Source of the DNA: Schizochytrium sp. TIO01
Lineage: Eukaryota > Protista > Bigyra: Labyrinthulomycetes
Length of the DNA stretch: 64,000 bases
Reading direction: 5' to 3'
Assembly: GCA_004764695.1 (NCBI GenBank)
Contig: SMSO01000006.1
Coordinates: 449,859 to 513,858, forward strand
This document shows, piece after piece, positions 36,723 to 49,222 of the stretch. The position numbers and the translations under genes are program-made. Every line of letters begins with the position of its first letter. Position 1 is the first letter of the stretch. The notes beneath the pieces are model-generated. The model did no database searches. It saw only the letters and a program-made list of their open reading frames with translations, and was not told the origin of the DNA.

Positions 36723-39700
36723 ACCTGTCAAACTCGCTTCGATGCTCTCTGATACGAAAAACCGACCATGCTATCGACTAGACAGCCAGTCAAACACGGA
36801 GACACACCTTGCCTAATTAATTATTACCTGAAGTGGGCAGAGCAGCGTTCGATTTTACTCAATACAAAGAACAGAAAATAAAATTAAAAGGAAAACAGCA
36901 AGGGCTCCGGAAGGGAGTAATTTTGTGCTCGTTCGAAGAATGATTGACTGCCTTCTGTGTGATCTTCTTCTGCATGTTCCTTCTTCATTAAAGTGCCACA
37001 ATGTTAAGCAAGCAAGAGGCAAAGAATAGTGAAAATCGATACGTACCCACGGAAGAGACATCTTTATCTTTTATGCCAGCTTGCCAGCCAGCCTGCCTGT
37101 GGAAGCTTGACCGCTTTCTCAAGTGCTGTTAAAAAAAACATTCTACCTGTTTTAAAATACCCTCGGAATTTTAGCTAGCTAGGTGCGTTAGTAAGCGAAG
37201 AAGAAAGCTCTCGGCTGGTTGATTCTTGTTTAACTCAAAGAGGCATTTGATCGCTATAATGAAAGATCTCGGAAGCGAGGAAAACCTGTTTCTTCCAAAG
37301 GTATTCATTCATTCACTCACTCGTTCATTGCGAGCGAGTGAAGATCTCGACAAGAGTTTAACTTAGACTGCGATTTGAGGTGAGCAAAGAATAGAGTTGA
37401 TCGCTCGCTTTGTTCATTAGGTTTTAGCATTTATTTATTTGCTACCCGCGACCAAGCATATCCAATGTTTCTTACGAATGGCGATGCGTTCTTCTTGAAG
37501 CGCTGTGGCATGCAGCACAGCAGAAGGGATGAAAACGGGGTTCCTGCATAGTTTCTCAGTGTTTCCGTCTTCTACTAATTTGATCAATTTTCAATTTTCA
37601 GCACCACCACCCCTTCTAAGTACTTATTTACATTTCATTCTTTTCATAAAATTTTAAATATATTTATGTAAACTCTACGCTACTGTACAACTAGAACTCT
37701 GCTATTCCTTCTTTCGACTCAGCCATTTTATCCTACGACCTATTAACTAAAACTCTTGTCGCTTATTGGAACCAAATCTGGTATTCCATAATTGTATATA
37801 AGAAGGTCGGGAATAGGAAGGTGGTATCTACCTACCCACTGTAACTCTATTTGAAAGAAAAAAAAAGGCTAAAGTGCCAAAGAGATTTATTTTTAACAAA
37901 GCAAAGAATGGCAAGAGGGAGGAAATAAAGATATCGTACTCCGTCTCTTTCCTTTTCACACTTTGGATTTGAGCTCGGTTCACTCTGCACTTTACAGATG
38001 CCCCAGTAAGGTATTGAAGAAGCTGAAGCAACTCATTGTAGAAAACGGAATGCTAGGTGCCCACCGTTATCTGGACAAGCTCAACATTCCAAGTCCTGAA
38101 GGCTGAAAGATTCAACATGTTTACATTTAGTAAAGAGCATAGATTTTTAAAAAATAATTAAAAACCTTTTCAAATGAATAAAGAAACGAGAAACATTATT
38201 TTAAAAAAAGTTTGGTGAAAATATTTACTCTAAATATGATAACTTTAAAAAAAAAAAAAAAAAAAAAAAACATTCGTGCCACGATGGCAAGCAAATCACT
38301 TAAACTTGAACAAGCAAATAATTTCTGTTAATTAAAAGAAAGTCTTTTGAACCAAACATTTTCTCTTTTGCTTGATGCAAGAAAAGAAAAAGAAACTGCA
38401 CGTATTTTTTATTACAGAGAATGTGCAAAACTTGGCAGAGGACGGTGTTGGGTAGTTTCTTGAAACCTACATGAATATTTCTCCCTGTTGTTTTAAGGAG
38501 TGCTGTATTTCTTCAAAGATTGTCAGCGACAAATAAGTTGCCATTTAACACCTCTTGCAGTAGTAACAGCTCCTACTGAATAATATACCCTCACAGTATA
38601 GAAGGGTTGCAATTAAATTTTCCCCTGTGACGCATCATCGTGTTTGCAATAAAGCAAGAGACGTCTATTCCACGCCGGTACAAGGGAAGAGGCCATGCTC
38701 TATATTAAAGTCGAATAAACGATCAGCGTTCCAGGTTTGGTAAGACAAAATTAAACTCATCAGAAACGAGCCTCCATAAATTTTAATTGCTTGTTAGAAA
38801 GCAATTCTTATCTCGGAGAAACCTCCCGTAAGCATTCTACTAATGGTAAGTAATCATGGTTTAGTTCCTCTCGGAAAGATATCCACCTAGGTAAACAAAG
38901 ACACACAGAAATATATATACTATCAGAAGCTTCTACTCGCGAGGTACCAAAAGTTCGAACCATGAAAGAATCAATCCCTCTTGCAGAATTTCCAGGCAAG
39001 CTTTTACACTCACGAGTCAGCGGGCAATGTTTTACTTTAATCTTGTCTCCCCGTTATAAAGTTTTTGGAAATACAGCTGACATTACAGCAGATGTTTCGA
39101 GCCTGGTGTTTACCTGTTTGTTCTTCAGCAGTGAAAAAAATATAAGGCTTCTGTCCCAGCCAGATTCTCCAGGCATAGAGCCCCCCCCCCCTCGAACTCA
39201 TGTTTACGATTCATGCGTGTTGAGCACCTTCAGCAGAAGGAGAAGAAACTGGACCTCGAATTTAACTGATGTCTATATGTATACAATCCGAACCGGAGAC
39301 GGATTGGTCATCTACGCAGCAACAGGCAAACGAGCTCTCTTCAAACGTCTTATGGGGAACAGTTTCATTGAGCTAAAAGTATGTCGAAATGGAATGAGAA
39401 TATCACCCAACAGAAGTTTATTACTTACCTGAAGGGCCGCTTCCCTCTAATTAAGAAATTAAGAAATCCTGCTGGAATGAAGCTTCTTCGTTTATGCACT
39501 GGTCGATTACACATCGATTGCTTTCGTATGTTTGTGCACTGAAGAACGTAAAGAACACGGAAAACTTTAATATCAAGAGGTAGCAACCAACATCTTAAAA
39601 CAAGTATTCGAACATATCGTCAAATTTCCAGATCACCATTATGCTTTTTCTTTTGTTGCTTTTTTAAAATCTTCAACGCTCTATTTCTATCCAGCCAATG

Positions 39701-42700
39701 GGAAAGAAAGCCGCCTTCTTCAGGCGTTAGCAACAGGCTCATTATATTTAAAACAATTGCTTTCGTAAATCCTGACGCTAAAATTCCAGCAGAAGAGCAG
39801 TTTAGAAAGTAAGATAAATCAAACTAAAACTACGCTTTTACAATAGGACTTAGTGAGTTTGTCAGTTTGAGTTTTCTTAGATTCTTCAGACTTTTTAGGC
39901 CTGGGAGATAAGGAAGACTCGGCCTAGTGCGCCATCTATACTGTCACCCCATTGGTGGTCACCACGATTTTTGATGTTAAAAACAGTAGTATTGTTAATA
40001 CTACATATTTAGCGTACCTTTGACTATCGCTGGGCCCCTTCGTTTCTATTACTTCCTGAAAGACCTTTTTGCTTTACTTTTTATGAAATATATAAAATAT
40101 CATTTACAAATGAAAATGACGCCAAAAACATTATATTTCTAGTAGCAGTAGTAGTATATTAGTAGCCTCACAGACGCAAGCAGCAGCTAGCTGCCTACCA
40201 TAAGTAGAGCGTAGAACGTATCTGATTCGTGTGGCTCTGGCTTGCATTGCCTGTTTAATCTTACTATTGTCGGAACGTACGAGCTAGCCTAGCTAAGCAG
40301 TGCAGTAAACAGGCAAAGTTCAATTCCAAATTAGTTCGCACGTCGATTGCTACAATAGCTACCATAGCTATCTGCTTCGAAGCTTCAAAGGCAGAATACC
40401 TACGTGACAGAGACGAGAGTTCATTGTAAGAACCAACATGCTAGTGCAGATCCTTTTAACTAGTAGTAGCTTCATTCTTAGACTCAACCAAATTAAGCCA
40501 TCGAAGAAAATCTGTGGTACATTTACAAATACACTATAGGCGCCTGCAGCTAAATTGAACAACTTTAGAAAACCAGAGTTTTTTGGAGCCTTTCAGGAGG
40601 TTTTTGTTTCCTATGAGAACGAGAAAAAGCGGGGTTCTTCCTTATATTATTTATCAAGTTAGGCTCCCTCGTTTGAGAGTCGAGAGGCCCCTGCACTGTC
40701 TCCCTCACTGGTCTGCTATATTATCATATTCATTTATACCTTGTTTATTAGTCACTACTATAATAATGTTTTTAATGTTTTAAATTTTCAACTACTACTA
40801 ATGAACCTCTTCATCTTTTTCTTCTTTAACTATAGGTTAGAAAACTGGGAAGATGAAATGAGTGATTTACTGAAGTTAAAATGTTTTAATTAATAGCGAA
40901 AGTGACATGATAGAATCAGAAGAGAGGAACTTCGAATGAGAACGACAATCGCAGGAACAGACAAGGTTCGAGAGACCTCCATGTCGGACAGCACAGCTCA
41001 CTCGCTGTTGTCGTCCTAATTTTCTAGAATCCTGTTTATTTCTGTATTTATTGCTGGCTCTGGGTATCACAAGAGAACGCAGCATTTAGCACAGTGAATG
41101 AATTGAAGCCTGCTAGGAGGGAGGAACAGCAGAGCATCATGACAATCAAAACTATACTTTCTCTTTGGAATAATCTCAATCAGATGATAAAATATGTTTA
41201 TTATCGCTGCTAGGCCCAAGTAATACGCTACTTTCTTTTTTTCCCCCTTTTTTTTTCATGCAAATAAGAAACTATTGGAAAATTAGTTTTTTAAAAGATG
41301 AAAATTTAACAACATACCGAGAACTCTGTGTCGAAGGAATGTTTTTCATGTTTGTTTGTTTTTTAAAGAGAGGAAAAAGAAGAAACTGAGACAATCTTTA
41401 GTGGTGCATTAGTGCGCGCTAGGAGCCTTAGTAGTACCTACTATCAATGGGCAGAGATTAATGTTTGCGAAAGAAAGGTGAGGGAGCATGTCTTCATTTG
41501 CTTGGAAACACTCCAGAGGTCGCCCATCTCTGCTCGAAGACGGAGCTGGGCATGCTCGCACCGGCAGCTGCCATAGCACGCGCATGGCGTCCGCCGACGC
41601 ACAACCCTCTACACGCTAGCAGAAGTTGCACGTGTTCGATGGAGCATGATCTGAAAGCTGCGCGTCAAATACACGAGAATATATTTCTCTTATTCTACTG
41701 CGATCGCTCTTACGAATCCATTCACTCATTCATTCATTCATTCATTCATTCATTCATTAATTCATCCATTCGTTCGCTCTTCGCATATATCAATAAATCA
41801 AGTTGAAGACGCGGAATTAGTAAAGTGAGATTCCAAGAACCAGAGACCAAGAACTTAGCTGCCGAAGTACTGTCGCATGAAGCTCTTGGACATTAGCCCA
41901 AGGTGGACCACGATTGGGCTCGATGGCGCAAAGCCAAGCGGTTCACCTCTTCGGTTTTAGTGCGATGTTGGCAGGTTTCAGGAGAGCTCGTCCTGGCCAG
42001 TGTTCTGTTGGGTTGACACTCTATTGGCCAGAATACTCATCAGTTTGGCACACTACCTATCTATCTGCTAGTGGCACCTCTTCAACGTTGTAAGGACACT
42101 GTATGGATGAATATGAAGGACTTGTTTAGTTCTTTACTTGTAATTCGTGTTGAATGAAAGAACGGTCCTCCCTGCCCTGCGACGATACTTCAAGCAAAAG
42201 GTGCGCGCCGCAACCTTTTCGACCTGGACAGCTGTGAATTCCCTTTCTCAGAAGACCATATTACAGATTGCAAGCTTCTTGAGCAGAGCGGATTCTAAAA
42301 TCTTGGCCGGAGTTTTAGTTGGTATTAGGAAAGGCAACCCTAGCTATATCTAGTAATACTACTACAAACATGAAAAAATATTGAACAACAATTTTAAAAA
42401 AGCACAAGATGAGCGCACTTTTTTTTAATAATCCCCCTCTCAGTTTCTGTTACCTCTTTCTGTTTATTGTTTTTATTAACACATTTTAAATGAATAAAAA
42501 ACTATTTATTGATTCCTCCTCAGTTCAAGTTCCCGTATGTCTGCGCGCTGAGCCACTCACGCCAGGTGGCTTTGCCCAAATGGTGGCGATGAGCACTTTC
42601 AAAGTAAAAAGACTTGCTTTAATCAGTGTAAAAATGACTTCTTCGAATAAGAAAAAGTAAGAACATAGGAACACTATTTGTTTTATGGCCAATACGACAC

Positions 42701-45700
42701 ACCATATGATAAGTTGTAGTGATGCCTCTCGCGATAGAATCTGGCCGCGGAACGTAAATTTAGAAAATTTGGAAGGATATCCCTTTCAACATTGCATTGC
42801 TGCTCACTATAATCTCCCAGAAGAGTTAGAGCTTAGAATGCATTGCGTAGGTGGATTAAACACAGAAAGTTATATTCTATCCTGAACATAACGAGCAAGA
42901 ATGTGACTGGAATTAAATTGCGGTTTATTATGCCATTTTACAGCTCTTATTATACTATTACTGTATCTGCCAAGATTAAAAAAAAAAAACAGTGACTGAT
43001 CAATCGATCATAAGGAGGCAGACAGACTTTATATTGCTTCAACTATCATCAAGTAAACTATTCTTCTTTTCAGTTATCAAGCAGATAAAAGGGTGATAAA
43101 CGTAGAACACCTTTATTATTTTCATCATTCGATTCTTTGATGAACAAAAAAACTAAAACTAAAACTAAAAGCAAGCGGCTATAAAAGCAGCTCAAATTTT
43201 ACGTTAATTTGATTTTGCATGCAGCTTTGATTTAAAGATCAGCTATGTTTCATTTCCGGTTCGTTTTTTTTTTTTTTTTTTGAAGGGCTTGAGAGTCTTC
43301 AAAAGCTCATATTAAGACAACTTGAGTTCGACGTAACACTTGAAATTGCTTCGGCAAACAGCTGGATAAAGTATTTTATATCTTGATTTGAATATGCCAC
43401 CTGCCATATATTTCTGTCCTCTTTCAAGGGGTCAAGCTATACCTATCCATAACACTGGGTATAGAAAGAATTCTCTTTCTTTTGGTTAAAGCTGCTAGCA
43501 TTGTCGTTATTATTCAAATAACTACCGTTTCTTCACTATTGTCCCCTTCGAATAGGTATCATTTCGTTCTGTAAGATGCATATATTCAAGAAGCTGTTGA
43601 ACACGGTTACGATCCTTTTGAAGTCGACACTATTTATCCAGAATTTTAACAAATTAAATGTACAGATGCCGATTGCTTGGGACAAAGAAATAAGAACTTG
43701 TGCCATTGTTTGTTTTGACTTTCGTAGAATTTGTAGTTGAAACTGTTCTAAATGGCCACCCTCATCATTCTATCGAACCGTAACAACTTCAGAATTGAAG
43801 TAAATCCGAGAACAATATTTTAAAATGGTGCATTTCAACAAGCAACTATTAGTAATGCGAGCAATTGTATTTCATAACCGAGAGAGTGTTGCCTAATATC
43901 ATGGAGAAACATGCAATTATAAGACCACTTGTATTATGCAACTCTATACTTTCGAACTTTTTTTTTTTCATTGGCAAAAAGCATATTTGATATAAAAAGC
44001 CCGCTTCCCTTTTTAATTCGTCTCAAAGTTTTTTTTATCATGTTCTGTAAACCTGAAGCAATCAATAATAGAAAGCCAAGGCTCTAAAGTTTTATTCTGG
44101 CGGCTTGGATAAATATCCACGGTCACTTTCCCAAAGTAACGATGCAATACTCGCTAGGCTTCTGCGGGGCCTCCGTCGCATTAAAAGCTACTTACTCTTG
44201 CCTGTTCTCGCAATATAAAATCAGGAAAAGTCTTCCTTGCGCCCAGCATAAAGGAATCCGGGGCCAAATCAACATCATCAATAGGGTATTTTACATAGGC
44301 GTAGCGGAGTCCAGCACTCTTTCGAGAGTCAGACTTGTTTCTTGTGATCGTACGCAGATTCAAACGTCCTGCGCTTACCGCGCTAGGTGTTATAACATTT
44401 ATGTGATAAAGCTATCACTGCATTAGACCAACATTTAAATTGAAAAAAGTTTATTCATTTTAAAAAAACTGCAGATCGAATTCACCCTGTATTGGCTTTC
44501 TGAATAATTTTGATGCATCTACAGAAGTAATCCTCGAAATCCAAATGTATGGACATTACAGGTAAACGTAATGAGCGTGTGAAGTTTGTGCGGTCTCTTT
44601 TTTGAACTGTTGGTGGCCCTTGACTATTCTTTTGTACGAGTCCAACTCATGGAACGACAGTGAATTGCTCGTAAGCGTATACTTTGATGTAAAGAGATAT
44701 ACATATTGGTCCTCACTGCGAAAGGAAAAGCACCCATTTAGCCCCCGCCCGTATACTCAAAAATACATCAAACAGCAAAGAATGAGGGTAATAAAACTAA
44801 TAAAGTAACTTTAGTTTTCCTTTGGAATTTTTTTTCATCTTATCTGTTACCTAGAAAACTCCTACAGATGGATAACCAATCGTAACGCTAAGATGAGCTG
44901 CGCTTTTGCTTTTTAAGTGGACTTCCTTGTCTTCTTGGGGGTAATTGTTACCTACCAGATCACTCGGATCCTGGCAAGCTTTTGCCTCCGAAGGGGTTGG
45001 CATGATCAACCGCATGGAACTTTGCTAGAGCCAAACTGGAAACTGCAGCTTCACAGGCCATTGCCAAAAGAAGTCGGTTTCTGCGCATGCTGTAGGCTGG
45101 CCTGGACCTGGAGCCTTTGCTCATGTCCAACATACAGACAGGCTCATGAGCAATCCCTGTCTCCTCAGCAACAACATGCGGATTAAATGGAAGGTGCAGT
45201 AAGATGGACTGTTTTGCTAGAGATTGCGGATGCGAAGCACTCCTTAGCAAAGAGTTAGTTCTATTCGCAATGTGCTCCTCGTTCCCAAGAGAGAGATGTT
45301 CGCAGACTTGACAAGCTTCTAGAGCCTGGGTTTGCGTGCCTTATTTCCGCTTCGGGTAGACTGCGTGCCTCATACAAAAGCTAGCTAGCTATTCCCCTCC
45401 GTTCAGGCAAGTTACGATGCCATGGTAGGCAGCCCAGGAATCAGGGTAACTTCAACCACACAAGTACATACATACTACGAGATGTGACTGTCATTTCCAA
45501 GGATGTTCATGAACAATACACTCACAATTTACTTTCTCGAGAGCAGATAATGGTTTTTGAGAGCAGCTCACGCAATAGCGCCATCACACAGAAATAAATC
45601 AAGGGCCTCTCGTTCATCTAGGCGAGACTCCAAAACGCCAGCAATGCGCTTGCATTCTTGCGCGACCTCTGCAACCAAATTACTTTTGATCTGGCTGGCC

Positions 45701-47980
45701 CATTCTGAGAGCTGTAAGATGGTACCTGTCTTCAGGGGGTCCTCGGTTCAATTGTATTTTTTCTTCTGGACAATTCAAATGACTTAGTCGTATGAATACG
45801 CTGGATTGCATACTTTTGGTTCAGTGGTACTATTACGTGGATATAAGGTTTTAAAAGGTACTATAAAATATTACGAAAATTTTGGCAGAAAAAAATTGTA
45901 AGAAAAATTCTGAACACCATTTTCTATATAATTCTTATCTATCTATTTTTTCAAAGAAAAACATTTTGAATAAAAGGAATGCTCTACAACATGTAGTGGG
46001 TAGTAGCTAGGTACTACCTACTGCATGTTACTGTTGGAAATGTGATTATAGCAGGAAATGTACCATGTGGTAGGTACCAAGGTACATATTGCGCTTGGGT
46101 TTGAAAAAGTAAAGTCATAAGAAATAGCTGCATTCGAATTCTTTGTGCCTGCGAAGCTTCTAAGGTGCAGAGTAAAACAATGACACGGCTGGCATGGTGC
46201 TGATCTTTTTAGACGTCGCCTGATCATTTCTGCACAGATATCCCAGAACTTTCAGCTGAGCCTCGCTCTCGTTCTGATATTGCAAATCATAAGTTTTACA
46301 GATCGATCTTTCCTATAAAGACACAATTGCTTTCAAGGAGTAGCAACGCAAAAAGTTATAAGCCTTAATATGGGAAGGAAAAAACTGAAAGAAAAAAAAT
46401 ATTTCACTTCCCAATGAAGATTAAATTAAAGAGAATAACAAGCTGTAGAAAATAGCATTTAGAATTAATCAATGCAAGCTTCTACTCGAGCTTCGTGACT
46501 GGAGTCGCGTTTCAAAGTGTATACGCACGTAAAGCCGTTGTTGGTAAAAGAACCTCCGCAAGGGTTTTCCCTCTTTGTGAGCTACATCACATCCCCTTCG
46601 TTCACATTATTACTATTAGTAAGTACGTCTTTGCAGCATTTTCTTTTTCAATTTCCAACTTATACCTACCCTCGAACCCAACAATTACATTTAAAAACTA
46701 CTTTGGACCTTTTACTATCTATCATTTTATTATTTATAATATTTTAAAAGAACAAAATGGCCGCGCATCTTCCCAAAGTTCTTCTAAAACATACCAGGAA
46801 AACTAAAAATTGCCTGGCCACTCGGTTTCCATGTATTTCCTCTGTTATGAACAATCCCGCATTTTTTTTCTATACTGTATGCCCGAGTGCCTGTGCACTA
46901 CTGCACCCACCATCTCCGACCTTGCGCACGGAATGGTGTGAAAGCGTTAACCAAAGCTGCACAGAGAGAACACGATCAAAGTCTGGCTTCGAGTCCTGAG
47001 ATGTTGTCGGCGAACCCGCCGCAGGATGGGAACACTAAGCCCTGGCCATCCGACTTTATTCCGAGTAAGCAAGATCTTGATACCTTGGGAGGCTTTGGAC
47101 TGTGAGTGGTTATCTCTGTGCAAAGATGAGAGACTACAACTACATAATTCAAGATTTAACTAAGAGAGTGTTATGTTTCTTCATTTAATGTATGCACGTA
47201 TGGGCTCTTGGCCCTAAACTTGAATTATCCGGGGTTGTTCGAGTCAAGAATAAGAAATGCACTGGCCGCCATTGCAGTCCGCGCAACTGCCGTTACATCT
47301 AAAACTGACCTTTGTTATTTTTTGTCGTTTATTCTCGATGACAGGGAAATGATGACAACGTCGACGGCAATGTCTCAATGGCCAGGATTCATTATCTTGC
47401 GTGTCCATATCGCTTTATTCACTTTTAAATTTAATTTACCTTCATCCGGCCTGCCGAATTTCAGGATAACACTTGAAAGAGGCTAGGCGGTAGTAAGCAT
47501 CTCCTATAACGAAAAGAATAAACTTAAAGTAGACAAACCTGGAAGAATCTGCGTCTCTTAATTGACATTTAATAGCAACTATAGGCGTATCGTCGTTGCT
47601 GTCATTGATATTCACATTTTATCAAGAAATGTATAATTGCGTTGTTGGCAGGTGGGGATTAAACGGGTGCACTTCGTTGGCATGCAGAGTCATTCTTTTG
47701 TTTATTGCTATTATTTAAAGCCGGATTTTTTGACATAGTTTATTGTTTTGCTTGTGATTTATGCCATAAAACTGAACTATTCGAAAGAACGGTTTTTTAT
47801 ATTTGCTAACCAAACTATTTCTATATGCTCGCCGTTTAATACGTTTTGAATCAGGGCATTTCCATATATTGCAGTATCTACTCTTTTTTATAATAAATAT
47901 TAGACAAGGGTTAGAAAAATAACAGAACTATTTAATATAGAGATTGTTTCTTCATTTTCAAATATTAAGGTTATAAAGCT

Positions 47981-48170
47981 AGATTACTTCACATGCTAAT
48001 TGTTTTCTTGTTGCATAGTATTATAGGGTTTGTTCGTCATTTTCAATTTCCTTTAGGTTTTAGAACTCTAGAGATTACTTAAATATACTAATTGTTTTTC
48101 TTATTGCAGTATATCATATATTTTTAAAATTAGACTATTCCATATAGCAATTGTTTTCTTGATGCATTAG
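47981..48170 (+). repeat. Degenerate ~38-bp direct repeat, 3 copies with unequal spacers
   Basis: AGATTACTTCACATGCTAATTGTTTTCTTGTTGCATAG (47981), AGATTACTTAAATATACTAATTGTTTTTCTTATTGCAG (48072), AGACTATTCCATATAGCAATTGTTTTCTTGATGCATTAG (48132). Confidence 0.7.
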
Positions 48171-48745
48171 GTTTTGAAACTTAGTCTTTTCATGTTTTGA
48201 GTCTGACTTTCGATGGAAACCTAAAACCACATCATGCGCGTGATTTACTTTCAAGTTCCTTCTTAGCATTAATAACTGTTCCAGCGTCTCAAGTATTTTT
48301 TTAATTAGCTATCTGCAATTCGCTCGAGCTTTCCTCTATAAATACCCCCGGATCATGGCATGTAGAAGGTACTGGGTACCTACCTTTTCCAAACGAACAA
48401 ACCACCATGGAACATGCCTCCTTACCCTGTGCAGAATGAATATATCTCAGTCCTGCATACTTCTATAAGAGAATAAACGAATCAATGAATGTCGACGTTA
48501 TTTTAACGACTGACTCAGGTTAGCGATGGCGCCTACTGACGGCATTGAGTTTTGCGGGGCCATTTCGAACTGGATCAGTGCCCTTCAGTTGGCCTGCTTT
48601 GAGCTCGTCGCATTCGCGCTGGCCTCAATATGTCTAGTTCTCCTTGGCGTGGCCGCGGCGAATTTACTGCGGCAGCCTGCGAGGCGGTGGCGGTGGTGGT
48701 AGGTGCCGCTTCGTTTCGCTTCGTTTGAGAGGCTTGGGCCGAGAT

Positions 48746-49222
48746 TTATAAAAACGCGTTGATGTAAAATTCACTCCTTCTCGCCTGCCTGGACCTGCTT
48801 CTTTCTTGTAATAAGAGATGCTCACACAGAACCACTAGATCAACAGCCCGATCGCCAGCGCACAAGAGTCGGCGTCCTGAGGTCGCAGTGGAGGGAGTCG
48901 AGCCAAGGGTTGATGAGCCTGGACACCACTGTACTACAGGCTTGCGTGCGCCAGTTGTGACTTTGGGATGTTGTTCTAGGAAAAACACTGTTCTAACTGA
49001 GTTGGCCAGCGATCGGCATCGTTGCTGATGGCCAAGCTCCGTGTGAAGGCTGACTTGGTCGACAATCCATGAGACGGGGAGGACGAAAGAGGCATGGTCT
49101 AGGCACTGTCTGGCCAGCCTCACACTTATGTCTGCGTCTACCAGATTGCGATTGCGGGAGGTGCTGACAACCGGGAGTGGGTAGCTCAAGCTCGAGAGCT
49201 TCTGTTCTTCAGGTAGTGACAT
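48746..49222 (-). CDS. Hypothetical orphan protein, 158 aa (may be spurious)
   Basis: ATG-initiated, non-repetitive ORF in a GC-richer island within AT-rich DNA; no recognisable domain. Confidence 0.2.
   Translation of the reverse strand: MSLPEEQKLSSLSYPLPVVSTSRNRNLVDADISVRLARQCLDHASFVLPVSWIVDQVSLHTELGHQQRCRSLANSVRTVFFLEQHPKVTTGARKPVVQWCPGSSTLGSTPSTATSGRRLLCAGDRAVDLVVLCEHLLLQERSRSRQARRSEFYINAFL

Noticed and set aside
47981-48170. CRISPR-like repeat-spacer array
   Set aside because: Eukaryotic context, only three highly degenerate repeats, unequal spacers and no cas genes.
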